In this document: positions 32,874 to 45,840 of the stretch, in pieces | Position numbering within the stretch: position 1 is the first letter of the stretch | Layout: the number at the start of each line of letters is the position of its first letter | Assembly (NCBI GenBank): GCA_032718475.1 | Contig: JAUCBJ010001356.1 | Span: forward strand, 19,713-83,712 | Source: Nemertoderma westbladi | Taxonomy: Eukaryota > Animalia > Xenacoelomorpha | Direction of reading: 5' to 3' | Length of the DNA: 64,000 nucleotides | The notes under the pieces: generated by a model | Database searches by the model: none | Told to the model about the DNA's origin: nothing | The model's input: the letters and a program-made list of their open reading frames with translations, nothing else | Program-made: the position numbers and the translations under genes

Positions 32874-35159
32874 TTATGAACCTTTGAATTTAAGATTTTT
32901 ATCATATTTAATAAGAATTTTTAGATCAATATCCATATGAAATATGTCCATCATTCGTTGTGTGGCATTCTCAGTAATGCGATTAAAAGTGCTCGAATTT
33001 TCGCCATAAAAGTACGGAAGATGGTGTTTCTTGCCGCAGATAATGTAATGTACAACCGACATACCGCGCTCTAGTTCTTCTATAACTTCGGTTTTATGCT
33101 GCACCATATACGGCATCTCTTTAGGCAGTAGGTCCAGCAACTGTTCTTGCACGCACGATGCTATAATAGCGTCGGGTAGTTGGTCTGTAACAACCGTCTC
33201 ATTGAACTCCCAAGCTCCTTTCTTACTCATATCGAATAGACAATCCAGCAGGGCGTCTGTTCCATCGTTGGAACAGGCCGACACCATAAACACTTCCTTA
33301 AACCGCGGCCAATAACCTCGTTCAGCTAACTTATTCTTCAACGCCTTAACTTCCTGGTCTTTTTTCTTTCGAATCTGGCGTTGTTTCTCTTTTAGATCCT
33401 GAGCGAGTTTTACAGAATCTGATGGTGGCGGAGGTTCTATGTTAAACAGAGTTCGCAGTTCGGAGTCGTTAAACTCCGTTACAACCTCAGGACTCAACCC
33501 GGTCTCTGTTGCGATCTTATCAATGCGTTCCTGTCGAAATTGTTGGTATGCGCTGACTGATTCGTGATGGGAACCATCGAGGCAGGGCGTCGTCGGATCA
33601 GATGCAGTGGGTGTCAACGACAACGACACGGTCTCAGTGTCAGGGATATGTGGTGCTAAGGCTTGGGTGTCTGAAACATGGAGTGTTTGTGTGTCGGTAA
33701 CATGAGTTGGTACTGTTTGCAAGTTAGTAACTTGAGATACTACTGTTTGTGTGTCAGTAATATTAGGTGTTCGTCTGTCGGTAATATTTGGTGTTTGGGT
33801 GTCAGTAACTTGGTGTGTTTGTGTGTCAGTAATATTTGTTGTTTGTGTATCATTAACCTGAGGTGTTAGTGTGTCAGTAACTTTAGGTGTTACTGTTTGT
33901 GTATTAGTCCTATGAGGTGCTGAGGTTTCAGTATAATTAGACCGAATTAAATGAATTCTAGAAGGATGAATACCTCGATATGATAAGTTCGATGATTCCG
34001 CGAGGGAATCCCGTATACGAACCGGAGCTAGCCAATCGGGAACACCGGATGTTGCGGCACCCTGCGACTCAGAATAGCCAACTATTGCACTACCGCCAGC
34101 TTCCTTAAAAGAATCCGAATTCCCCACAGAATTCATAAACTTTCTTCGAGTAGGATGTACCCAGTTAGTTACACCGCCCACTGCTTCTGTTAAATCATCC
34201 GTTTGAGTTGGACAGCTACTTACAGACTCAGTATCGACATGAGAGGAATCCGGGGTATTAAATCCGCTCTCATCGCCCAATAACTTAAAGGAAGGAAGTT
34301 TGGATCGTTTGCGTTTTGGTTCGTATAAGTCCAAAAGAAGTTGATGCCTAGCTGCGTTAACCGACTCCCCAGACAAGGCCTTGTGTTTCTTAGCCTCCAA
34401 TGCCAACGCCTTCGCCTTGTCTGTAAACGGTCGACCCCCTATGAAACCCCCAGTCAGCCCTGTAGACAACCCCAGACACACAGTAGCAGTGTTCTTATTG
34501 AGCAGATCGACTTTATTGAGGACGAGTAGACACGGTTTATCCGGGAATCCGAACAATTGGTACAGAACTTCGGGGTCTATCATCCTCCGTGTGTAGCGGT
34601 CCGCGGCGTCCACAACCACCACGACAACGTCCGCCGACTCCACGGCCTCTCGGGGCGCTGTGTGCATCTCCCGCGGCCATCTGAACCTACGGCAGTACTC
34701 CCAGTCCACGAACCCTGGGGTGTCTACCATCACTATCTGCGTATTGCCCTGCGTTACCACGGCTGAGGCGTTGCCTCGCGTCGTGTTTACCTTGCGGGAT
34801 GTCGCCATCAGTCGACGGCGCATCAACGCGTTGACCAACGAGGATTTCCCGGCGTTCGGTTTACCGATAACCGCGACTCTCAGGAATCGACGGGTCCCGG
34901 GATGGACGCCCGACGGGGTGTGTGGGACCGCGATCAGTTGCATGGTGGCCGCGGCCAGCGTGGGCGGGACAGGGTGGGATTCCCGTGGGTGTTTACTTGG
35001 GTAGACGAGGTCTCCCACGCTACGACGGTCCGATAAGTCGGACCAAGTCGGAAGAATTTCATTGGGATTCGTCAACGAGGACGAACAATACTTGCGGTAA
35101 TGGGTTGGCGGGTTCAGTCTAGAAACGCAGAGATTTCGAAACAAAAACAGACGATTCAT
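32874..35159 (-). CDS. ERAL1: Mitochondrial GTPase Era homolog, intronless, nested in a RyR intron
   Basis: G1 GKPNAGKS, G2 TTR, G3 DTPG, G4 NKVD, G5 VFMVSA; C-terminal KH (LPKEMPY); transit-peptide-like N-terminus. Confidence 0.9.
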   Translation of the reverse strand: MNRLFLFRNLCVSRLNPPTHYRKYCSSSLTNPNEILPTWSDLSDRRSVGDLVYPSKHPRESHPVPPTLAAATMQLIAVPHTPSGVHPGTRRFLRVAVIGKPNAGKSSLVNALMRRRLMATSRKVNTTRGNASAVVTQGNTQIVMVDTPGFVDWEYCRRFRWPREMHTAPREAVESADVVVVVVDAADRYTRRMIDPEVLYQLFGFPDKPCLLVLNKVDLLNKNTATVCLGLSTGLTGGFIGGRPFTDKAKALALEAKKHKALSGESVNAARHQLLLDLYEPKRKRSKLPSFKLLGDESGFNTPDSSHVDTESVSSCPTQTDDLTEAVGGVTNWVHPTRRKFMNSVGNSDSFKEAGGSAIVGYSESQGAATSGVPDWLAPVRIRDSLAESSNLSYRGIHPSRIHLIRSNYTETSAPHRTNTQTVTPKVTDTLTPQVNDTQTTNITDTQTHQVTDTQTPNITDRRTPNITDTQTVVSQVTNLQTVPTHVTDTQTLHVSDTQALAPHIPDTETVSLSLTPTASDPTTPCLDGSHHESVSAYQQFRQERIDKIATETGLSPEVVTEFNDSELRTLFNIEPPPPSDSVKLAQDLKEKQRQIRKKKDQEVKALKNKLAERGYWPRFKEVFMVSACSNDGTDALLDCLFDMSKKGAWEFNETVVTDQLPDAIIASCVQEQLLDLLPKEMPYMVQHKTEVIEELERGMSVVHYIICGKKHHLPYFYGENSSTFNRITENATQRMMDIFHMDIDLKILIKYDKNLKFKGS

Positions 35160-36389
35160 TTTCTATATTTCTTAAGCCTGTGGTCGTCAGTTAAATGATT
35201 AATAGTCATATGAAGGTATGCTTATGCTATGCCATAGGATAGGGGTAGGCCTATTCGAATTGACCACTTAGGCCTGCTACAACATTTCGAATGAGGCTAG
35301 TCATAGGGCCTAATCGTACAAAAATAGTGGATATGCCTATCACCTATCCTGTCTATATCCAGATATCTGTATATACTGTTATATGAAACACACACGTTTG
35401 TGTTGACGGGACGGTGAGTTAGGCTGTGTTACTTCATGTACTTCATGCACAGCTGCACAGCAGAGCCGCAGCGCACAGCGGTACCGGTACCGGTACCTAC
35501 AAAAAATCAAAATGGGGAAGAAGCTAACTAGTATCATATTTTGAATATCCCGCCATGGTTGGCTGAATGAAAGCCCGGCCCATTCATAAACAAGAGAGTT
35601 CATGGAGTACACACTAAAACAGTGTAGTTAAGAATAGCTCCTGCGGGAAATTTGAATTCCAAGATATGTATCAGTGTACAATTGCATTGTTTGTTGCAAG
35701 GAAACTGAAAATATAAGCACAACAGTACCGCAGGTTACAGAATGCGCAGGTTTCAGTTTAGTTGAGGCCCAAAACCCTAATTGAAACTGTCTTCAAACCC
35801 TAAGTCATCAGGATCCGATATAAGAAACTGTGAAGAATTTCGGACATGTAACAAACTTTACTTTACTTAAAAAAAGTATTCGCTTTACTTTACTTAACTA
35901 TTTTTACTTTACTTTACTTTTATTACTTTACGTTTTCACTTTGTTTGCGTGGATCACGCACCAAATAGCGCGGTGGTGTGTGGTTTGGAGATGCTGTGGG
36001 TGTCTGCCTTCACTCTATAAGATACAATAACACAGCCACACTCATTATAAATTTTCTGCCAATTGCCTTTTATAGAAAATGTTAATATGAACATGTTCTG
36101 CTGGTGGTTGGTACTGTTCCAATTTAATTTGTTTCGAATTACAAGTGTTGTTGTTTTTTGTGTAAATATTGTGGTAATAAAAGATACAAAATTGGCTTTA
36201 CTTTACCTTTACTATTTTTACGTAACTATCTTTACTTTATACATTTTTACTTTACTTTACCATAATTTAGATGAACCGAAATTTATGAGGTGTTACGTAT
36301 AGCTTGAAAGTAGAATGTTGATTTTTGTATAGAAAGTTAGATTAGATGCACGAAAAATAAATTATTATTTAAGATGTTTTCGCACTCAC

Positions 36390-36519
36390 GTGGATTTTCA
36401 CGGAGTCGAAGTATCCGTTATCTGCGTTGATGAGAGCGGTAGTTAGGTCCTCTGCTGCGTAATGGAAGAAAGCTTGCAGAGCTCCTCGTAGCTTATCTGC
36501 ACAGTGCTTTACAATAGAA
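36390..36519 (-). CDS. RyR: Ryanodine receptor exon (SIVKHCADKLRGALQAFFHYAAEDL)
   Basis: Matches RyR '[25 protein letters not shown]'; phase fits the neighbouring exons. Confidence 0.8.
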
Positions 36520-38320
36520 CTGAAAGTAAATAAAACGGTATAGTGCTTTACAATAGAACTGAAAGTAAATAAAACGGTATAGTGCTTTACAATAGAAATG
36601 AAAGTAAATAAAACGGTATAGTGCTTTACAATAGAACTGAAAGTAAATAAAACGGTATAGCGCTTTACAATAGAACTGAAAGTAAATAAAACGGTATAGT
36701 GCTTTACAATAGAACTGAAAATAAATAAAACGGTATAGTGCTTTACAATAGAACTGAAAGTAAATAAAACGGTATAGTGCTTTACAATAGAACTGAAAGT
36801 AAATAAAACGGTATAGTGCTTTACAATAGAACTGAAAGTAAATAAAACGGTATAGTGCTTTACAATAGAACTGAAAGTAAATAAAACGGTATAGTGCTTT
36901 ACAATAGAACTAAAAGTAAATAAAACGGTATAGTGCTTTACAATAGAACTGAAAGTAAATAAAACGGTATAGTGCTTTACAATAGAACTGAAAGTAAATA
37001 AAACGGTATAGTGCTTTACAATAGAACTGAAAGTAAATAAAACGGTATAGTGCTTTACAATAGAACTGAAAGTAAATAAAACGGTATAGTGCTTTACAAT
37101 AGAACTGAGAGTAAATAAAACGGTATAGTGCTTTACAATAGAACTGAAAGTAAATAAAACGGTATAGTGCTTTACAATAGAACTAAAAGTAAATAAAACG
37201 GTATAGTGCTTTACAATAGAACTGAAAGTAAATAAAACGGTATAGTGCTTTACAACAGAACTGAAAGTAAATTAATATCGATGCAGTGCTCTACAACAGA
37301 ACTGAAAGTAAATTAATATCGATGCAGTGCTTTACAACAGAACTGAAAGTAAATTAATATCGATGCAGTGCTTTACAATAGAACTGAAAGTAAATTAATA
37401 TCGATGCAGTGCTTTACAACAGAACTGAAAGTAAATTAATATCGATGCAGTGCTTTACAACAGAACTGAAAGTAAATTAATATCGATGCAGTGCTTTACA
37501 ACAGAACTGAAAGTAAATTAATATCGATGCAGTGCTTTACAATAGAACTGAAAGTAAATTAATATCGATGCAGTGCTTTACAACAGAACTGAAAGTAAAT
37601 TAATATCGATGCAGTGCTTTACAATAGAACTGAAAGTAAATTAATATCGATGCAGTGCTTTACAACAGAACTGAAAGTAAATTAATATCGATGCAGTGCT
37701 TTACAACAGAACTGAAAGTAAATTAATATCGATGTAGTGCTTTACAACAGAACTGAAAGTAAATTAATATCGATGCAGTGCTTTACAATAGAACTGAAAG
37801 TAAATTAATATCGATGCAGTGCTTTACAATAGAACTGAAAGTAAATTAATATCGATGCAGTGCTTTACAATAGAACTGAAAGTAAATTAATATCGATGCA
37901 GTGCTTTACAACAGAACTGAAAGTAAATTAATATCGATGCAGTGCTTTACAATAGAACTGAAAGTAAATTAATATCGATGCAGTGCTTTACAACAGAACT
38001 GAAAGTAAATTAAAATCGATGCAGTGCTTTACAATAGAACTGAAAGTAAATTAATATCGATGCAGTGCTTTACAACAGAACTGAAAGTAAATTAATATCG
38101 ATGCAGTGCTTTACAATAGAACTGAAAGTAAATTAATATCGATGCAGTGCTTTACAACAGAACTGAAAGTAAATTAATATCGATTCAGTGCTTTACAACA
38201 GAACTGAAAGTAAATTAATATCGATGCAGTGCTTTACAATAGAACTGAAAGTAAATTAATATCGATGCAGTGCTTTACAACAGAACTGAAAGTAAATTTA
38301 TTTCGATGCAGTGCTTTACA
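36503..38320. repeat. Two-phase minisatellite (~19 x 39 bp, then ~26 x 41 bp) built from a RyR 3' splice site
   Basis: Minus-strand unit ...TTTACTTTCAG|TTCTATTGTAAAGCACT; fills nearly the whole intron 36520-38330. Confidence 0.95.
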
Positions 38321-38330
38321 ATCCTCCCAC

Positions 38331-38462
38331 CTGAATTCAATAGAAACAGCGAGGACTTTGATACAGCTAACTGTAAGCTCTCCCGCCTCTTTGAACAATG
38401 GCGTGTGATCCCGTAACATTCTAGAAATCTTACAAAACAACCCCAGTAACATGTCCTTCTCC
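38331..38462 (-). CDS. RyR: Ryanodine receptor exon (EKDMLLGLFCKISRMLR...)
   Basis: Matches RyR 'EKEMITSLFCKLAALVR'. Confidence 0.88.
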
Positions 38463-38597
38463 CTATAAGGTAAAATGCAACGAAATATATTGCTGCGTGT
38501 GTATATTAAACATTAACAATGCTACTGTACAACTTTAGCTACAACCCTAGCCTATCTAGACGAGAGCCGGTAACCATTGGATACAGTTGCTACTCAC

Positions 38598-38766
38598 CTA
38601 GACGATGCCCATGAACCGAACGCCGTTGTTGCTGTGGCCATGAAGTAGGAGTTATATGTCTGGAAATACTTTACCATCAGAGGAACTAGAACATTGGAAA
38701 AGAAGTTCAAATCCTTTGTAGTTTTTTTGGTGAGATAATGAGTTGCTGTTTCTGAACCCACAGCCC
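38598..38766 (-). CDS. RyR: Ryanodine receptor exon (DLNFFSNVLVPLMVKYFQTYNSYF)
   Basis: Matches RyR '[24 protein letters not shown]'. Confidence 0.85.
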
Positions 38767-38947
38767 CTAAATGAAAATGCAAACGTAAACGAAGATAAAA
38801 TTACCTGTTTGTGTATAAATAGTGTGAAAAACGTTTTGAATGTGTCAGGGATTATGTAATAATTAAACAATAAATTAATTACAACCTTTACAATACTCGA
38901 ACACCAATAAAGCCATTTTTGAGTTCTTTAAATCGCCGATAATCCCA

Positions 38948-39453
38948 TATACAGTAGGCCTCCACTATACAGTAGGCCTACACGATACAGTAGGCCTACA
39001 TATACAGTAGACCTACAATATACAGTTTAGGCCAACACTATACAGTAGTGCTACACTATACAGTAGTCCTAGACTATACAGTAGGCCTACACTATACAGT
39101 AGACCAACACCATACAGTAGGCCTACACTATACAGCAGGCCTACACTATACAGTAGGCTTACACTATACAGTAGGCATACACTATACAGCAGGCCTACAC
39201 TATACAGTAGGCCTAGACTATACAGTAGTCCTACAATAAAGTAGACCTACACTATACAGTAGGCCTACACTGTACAGTAGGCCTACACTATACATCAGGC
39301 CTACACTATACAGTAGGCCTACACTATACTGTATGCCTACACTATACTGTATGCCTACACTATACAGTAGGCCTACACTATACAGTCGGCCTATACTATA
39401 CAGTAGGCCTACACTATACAGTAGGCCTACACTATAGAGTAAGCCTACACTAT
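38948..39453. repeat. 18-bp tandem repeat (TATACAGTAGGCCTACAC), ~28 degenerate copies
   Basis: Direct inspection; unit contains the palindrome GTAGGCCTAC. Confidence 0.9.
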
Positions 39454-39550
39454 GGGCATACTTTATACATTTTCACCCCGTATCTGAATCTTTAACAAGA
39501 CAACTATTGCTTTATATGTGTTGGGAAGATTTAGAAGATGTCCTCCTTAC

Positions 39551-39687
39551 CCGACTTGTCCGATTTAGCAGTAAGACTGTCTCCGGCTTTCATCGCAAAC
39601 CCAATAAGTTTCTCTAGAAGGAACAAAGCGAACCGGTGACCCCCAGTTCCTTCTCCCATCAGATTCATATTCAAACCAACAGCGGCT
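39551..39687 (-). CDS. RyR: Ryanodine receptor exon (HRFALFLLEKLIGF)
   Basis: Resembles RyR 'KRFAFGFLQQLL'; cag| and |gtaagg boundaries, phase consistent. Confidence 0.7.
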
Positions 39688-40178
39688 CTGCATAAATAAA
39701 TATTCAAATAAAATTATTGAATAAATTTGTTTCACAATTAATTGATACGTGGTGTTTATTAACATTCGCAATTATCTTATCCCAACGTTCCAATGTAAAT
39801 ATTTCATACCCAGCGCCACCTTCTACGCATGGGTTAGGCAGTAGGCCTACTGTAGCTTAAAAAGTGATCTTGTGATATGATAGAAACCGGTGAGAATATG
39901 CATGGAGGTAGGTAGACATTGACATTCTTAAAAAGTCTGCTAAAAAACATTAAGATGAGTCGTGATGATGTTGCGTTTTAGTGCTGACACTGTTGTGTGG
40001 GCCGATATATTTATACGACTGTATTCCCATAAAAACAACCTAACAGACTTATTGAAATTAATTATTTGATACAAAATCTCCAATATTATTGTAGTTGTAC
40101 AGACTGAATTTTCTAACCAGTCTCCGGGCCCAGTCAGAAGGACTCAAATATCCATATTTATTTAAACAACCAACTTAC

Positions 40179-40201
40179 CTCTGTAAACTTGAACTGCTTA
40201 T
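40179..40201 (-). CDS. Possible 23-nt RyR micro-exon (ISSSSLQ R)
   Basis: tttgcag| and |gtaagt boundaries; ends in phase 2 as the next exon requires; no similarity evidence. Confidence 0.3.
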
Positions 40202-43014
40202 CTGCAAATAAAATAACATAAAGTTATTGCAAGTGTTGGGGATAGCCTAGTTAAATGATACAGTACGAATAATTCTTTAAACCAAGGCGACGCCCATAAC
40301 ATTCGTAATACACACAATACATAATTCACACTAAATATAACTCACACTACAGTAAGTGAAGACTTCGTATTTAGTATACGAACCAATAATCCAGAGTTCA
40401 CAAAGAAAAATTCACTGACATAACTAATTCACACAAAACATGAGAAAAAATAATATCCTACAGCGAACTTATACGGGAAATTCTCAACTCTGAAAGGGCC
40501 CATAAAGTGCTTGGGTTTAAAAGAAAGTGCATGTAAGTGGAAAATACACTACTTAACTCAATCACACAATACAATAGACAAGGTATTTAGTGTAGTCAAT
40601 TTAGCAAAAAACACATAAGAAATTCGCAATCATTCATTTTTGGATTCAAATTTCCATTTAATGTTAAAAAAAAGTAATAAAAAGTAAAAAAAAGTAATAA
40701 GAAAAGTCTATAAAATACAATTTGCTCATCAAACAGTATCTTCAGCTCAAATTGACAAGAAGTGAAATTAAGTCTCGTTTATTGTTTTGTTTACAAAACA
40801 CCGCCACTGTACCCTGCCCCTTTCTGTTAATTTAAATGAAATTAATTATACAAATCCACTAAACACATACAGTAGTTTGTTTTTGCGGTCATTTGGCGCC
40901 ATTGACTCTCATGGACATTCCACGGAAATTGGTATAATAAAATGCAAACCAAACAAAAAGCACAGTAGCGAAGTAAATAGTAGCGAATTTTTTCTCAAGA
41001 ATAATTTAATTAATTGTAAAATAATATTGATATTCAATGGGAAATTAATAATTAATTATTTGTTACATTATGATCATTGTGTGAAAATGGCACTACAGTA
41101 CTCTTAGCTCATCCTTTAGTTTAAAATAAATTTACTGGTAACATTGTTAATTGGATTAGCGTGAGACAGGATTTTATTCGTTGATATGTTGCAGTATTTT
41201 GTCACTGAGTATTATTATTGTCATGTAATACCCTGTAATATATGGTAATAATCAGAATATTTTTGGAAGTAATTATTGGATAAAAAACAAAAGTTTAAAG
41301 TTGATTTACAATAATGCATTCAGGATTCAGAATTATTATACAGTTATACCAATAGCAGGATAAGGATTGCATGATTGAGTCGAGTCAGTACAGGAGTACA
41401 GCTGTACGTACAGCAGTACGTAGGCCTACAGAGCGCGCCCGGTACGCGGTACTTCTGTACTTTGTATGGAGCCTTTACTGCTTTCAGCTTTGGCTGTTTC
41501 CGCTGGCATGTTGAAAGGCAGAAAGGAGTCATAATGTCTTACATGGTTTTGGTTTAGGGTTGTTAGGGCTGCAGCGCTGTAGGGTTACTTAGGTACGGTA
41601 CTTGGTGGCGGGAATTTCCGGTTTGGGCATTGGGGGGCACTGACAGACTGAAACGCTAAAAAACGCATGTGTCTAAAAGTCTGGTGGGAAAACACTTATA
41701 ACATTTTTCTCATAGGCTAGCCTAGGCCTATTCATTTCTACATTGTCTAAATGTCTATATATGAAAAGACTCTGATATTTTTCTCAAATTTCCCAGTTTA
41801 GGGGACCCGTGGGAAAAAAGACGGGAAAAATTTTCTCAAAAATTGTAAAGATTTTAGATAAACGTCTGAACGTGGTTTTCTCAATCAATATTTTTATTAT
41901 ACATACCAACATAACACAGTAACAGCATAATCTGAGTAGGCCTATAATAATAGATATACTGGTCTGCCGGTACGAGTATGAAACAATACAAAGCATGCTG
42001 GCATGCAAATTATGAATTAAGTTCAAAATTTTTTAAGGGAAAGGAGCAGGCTGGCAGGTTACATAGGCCGGCTTTTCTAACAAAAACAATAGGCCTAAAC
42101 GGCTACTTTACCAATTGTGGGAAAGGAGCAGGCAGGCAGGTTGCAGAGGCAATAGACAAAACAATAAACGATCACTTTACCAAACCCCAAAACAATAAAC
42201 AGCCACTTTACCAATTGAGGGAAAGGAGCAGGTTACAGATGCGGGATTTTCTAACCAAAACAATATACGATCACTTTACTAATTGAGGGAAACTATATGG
42301 TCAGACAGTCGGTAGAAAAAAGGTTAATGAAAAAAATTGTAAAAAGCCTTTCATAAAATACAAGCAGACAAGCGGTACCGTATATATACAAATATATATA
42401 TAACTTTATAAGCAGATAAGTGTTTTAAGGGACGGTCAGACGGTCCCCAAACAGCAAAAGTAACTAGCAGTAGTTATTACAGACTGCAGCCAACATGAGC
42501 CTGTCAGTGTGTGGTCTGAGACTACATCTAATCAGCTAATGGACTGTACACCTGTACACCAATACTGGTGAACCCTGGAACCGGTAGGGTTGACTATTCA
42601 AATTCCGGACAAAATTTCATTTTTTTTTAATTTGGGACACTTTAAATTGCTTTAATTCTTGATATTATGTTTGAATCTGTACAAGATGCTATTGTAGTTC
42701 ATTATAAAACCAAATTGTTACCACTCAGTTCAACTGTTTAGTTGTAACTGGGTGGTTTTCATTTTAAAAATTGACTGTCCGGAATTTGACTACCTGGTAA
42801 AATACCGGACATGTATATAATTCCGGACAATGCCTTTTATTAGATGTGAGAGTTGATGTGAGGGTTGATATTAGGCCTATTTTAATCATTAAATTAAACT
42901 TTATTTCCATTAGTTTAGGTATCTGGGTGTATTACATACAGCCATATTTTACTCCTGTACTTAGTTCTGAAGTTATGCAATGCTTTATGTTTTGCAACTC
43001 ACCCCAGATAGGGG

Positions 43015-43303
43015 GCCCATGTGAAGAATACCATACTTTCTGCCGTTATATTTCACTTTGCAGTTACCCCCATGTGAAGACTGGAAGAATACCAGGTTTT
43101 CACCAAAAACACAGGTTACATGAGGGCTGAATCTAACCAAAACAATAAACGAATTAGTATATGTACAGGTTATAAGACAGAAATAAGCGCTATAAAACAC
43201 TTAATAAAGATAAATGAAAAAAAATAAATAATCTTCATATATAAAATTCCAATAAAAAGTCGACCGAAAAGTGAAATCCTGGTACGGTATTCTTCACATG
43301 GGC
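43015..43303. mobile_element. MITE
   Basis: TIR GCCCATGTGAAGAATACC / GGTATTCTTCACATGGGC. Confidence 0.7.
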
Positions 43304-44139
43304 GGGATAGGGGGTGGAGGGACTTTCAACGCAATAATAATGCATCCCTCTCCATGAAATTCGACACAAATAACAGTTCGATTACTCCCATAAATGAAAC
43401 TATAACCTGTTCTATTGTGTTCCATTTATTGTTTTGGTTAGAAATACGTGTCACTATATATAATCTGCACATTCGTGTCATTTGACATTTCCCTAAATTG
43501 AGAATTTAACATTAAAGTGAAATATTCATTCACCAAGATGGGATTTGTGAACAGTTAGCAAAGTTTAACAAATATATTATAATTAATTATAATTAACAAA
43601 GTTGTTCTAGAGTTACTACAGTGCTATGGTTGTTGGCAGACATTACATGGATTGGAAATATCACCAGACGCATTCCTTATGACGTGGATTAGTTGGTCTC
43701 GGTTGTAGTCAGTTAGTGGCCAACCACAATCACCAATATACTGTATATCAGAGTCGATTCGATACTACATATTTCTCAATGTTTGGATCAATTATCGATG
43801 GGGCTCCTCTCCCAAATTGTCTATTTGACGATTTATAGAATTTAACCTGTGTCTTGCGATTATAACCCAGCGCCATCGTAATAAGTACCGCCTATAATAT
43901 ATATGATACACCTACCAGCCTACTGGAATATATATTATATATATAGTTCTGTAGTTATGCCTAAAGCGTTCCATGTTCTGCTGGCTTATAAAAAGTACTG
44001 TTTAGACATATCACAAAAGATAGACAAGTAGGCTTGGCGAGCCTTTAATAATAAGCAAAAAATTTATGCAATAGGCAATCAACAGCTAGCAACTTTTGAA
44101 AATTTGGTGATGCTTGATTCTGTAATCTGTCTAGTGTCT

Positions 44140-44760
44140 ATACAGTCCTGCAAAGCGGAGGCGGCTCCACCCAAGAGTCAAGCTAGGGGAGATTAATGGA
44201 ACACCTCCAATGTTGTATAGAGTCTGATTAGATATGTGTTTGTGTTCATGTATACTTGATACAATGAACCCGGCGCAGCATTCTTGTGAAAGTACCATCC
44301 AGATATTTGGTATCCTCAGCAGTTAGAGCAGTAGAGCTCAGCATGGACCCCCATAAGAGTACTTGCACTATTGCTGACTCTAAATAATCGAACCTTAAGG
44401 TTATGTTTTATTCTATGGGACCTCCAAATCATGGACAGACTATTTAACGCTGCCCATGCCTTCCCCTTACGTCAGTACGTATCCGAAGGTCTTCACCTGA
44501 CTTTCTGATCCATGATCCCAAGTAAAAGAAGTCATACACGTGCGTGCTCAAGAAAGCCATCCGTTTTTCCGTAGAGCTTGTGCCCTTACGATCAGACATT
44601 TCTTGAGGGCTGTATAGGTTGACTGTGATTATTTTGGTCTTCTTGGAATTTACAACAAGACCAGACACTAGAAGCAACCTGCTCCAATTGGCAAAGGAGC
44701 CTTTGGGCTCCCTCTAGTGATTCTGACAGTACCTCTAAGTCATCAGTGATCAAAGTCTAT
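44140..44760 (-). mobile_element. Degenerate LINE RT fragment
   Basis: DFFYLGSWI-type RT motif; shares CCTGCAAAGCGGAG with the fragment at ~8497. Confidence 0.55.
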
Positions 44761-45840
44761 AGGCTATTGTACAAAGTCAGATATTAATTCTATAGTTTGT
44801 ACCAATGAAATTTAGATTTGTCCGTAATTTGACCATGGTGTCCGGAATTTGATTTGTCCGGAATTTGAAGAGTTAACCCTACAATAAATAGGCTTAACAG
44901 TTGACAGTTATACTGCAGTTGTTCAAAATTCAGTACCGGTACCCCTGAAACCGGAAAGAGCCTACTTGGCAGTTTTAATTATGGTTAAGGTGTAAGGCCA
45001 GACAGCCAGACGAACTACTGAACTAACCATAACCAAAACAGAAATATACCCATGCCATAATACAGTAATATACAATCCTCATTTCTCCATCATAGCCTTA
45101 CAGCCTTAACAAATTCACTGTGCAAACTCCTGAACCTGAACTATTAAAAATGTTGTATTTTGTATTGCCGGATTGCTGTAGGTCTATTGCAGTATTGCTA
45201 CTGTCAGACTGTATTCAGATATCTGGATTTTGCATTTTGTAGGTAGTCTTACCCGAAACAATTTGGTGATAGATAACAATAGCAATTACGGTAGCAACAT
45301 CATAAATCAGTAAATTATTATTGCAAAATTTATAAATTTCAAAATTGCTGATCACTCTACTCCTGCACTCGCTGCTCGCAGAAGACCTACTCCTCTAAAA
45401 ACTGAAAAACATAAGTTGTTTGAAAAGTTTTTCAATTGTTCAAACCAATATCTGAATATAAAACCATGATTCAGCAGAATTTCCGTGTTCGCTACCGGTA
45501 CACTCGCAATTTAAGGATCATGCCCTGGGCCCTGCCTACACACACATCACACAGTCAGACAGTCCTACAATTCAGAATTCAGTCATTACCCTTTACACTT
45601 TATGCTTTAGGCTAATCAGCTAATAGAAATAGCCTAAAGATATCATTTTGTGCTTGACCTTAGATATCATATTGCCTTGCTGCAGTGCTGTATTCGTATT
45701 GCATTATTTCCAATTGCACTTCCTTGTGCCTTGCCCTGCGCAGTTCACTCTTTTAGTAGGCATAGTCTATCCTGTTTCTTAACTTCAGAGCTCAGGAGCT
45801 GTGATGTACTGGCAGACTGGTGCTGAAATACAGAAATATA

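Larger units (their letters stand above)
42585..44881. mobile_element. Non-autonomous TIR element with nested insertions
   Basis: TAGGGTTGACTATTCAAATTCCGGACAAA / TTTGTCCGGAATTTGAAGAGTTAACCCTA; repeated CCGGACA subterminal motifs; no clear TSD. Confidence 0.65.
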
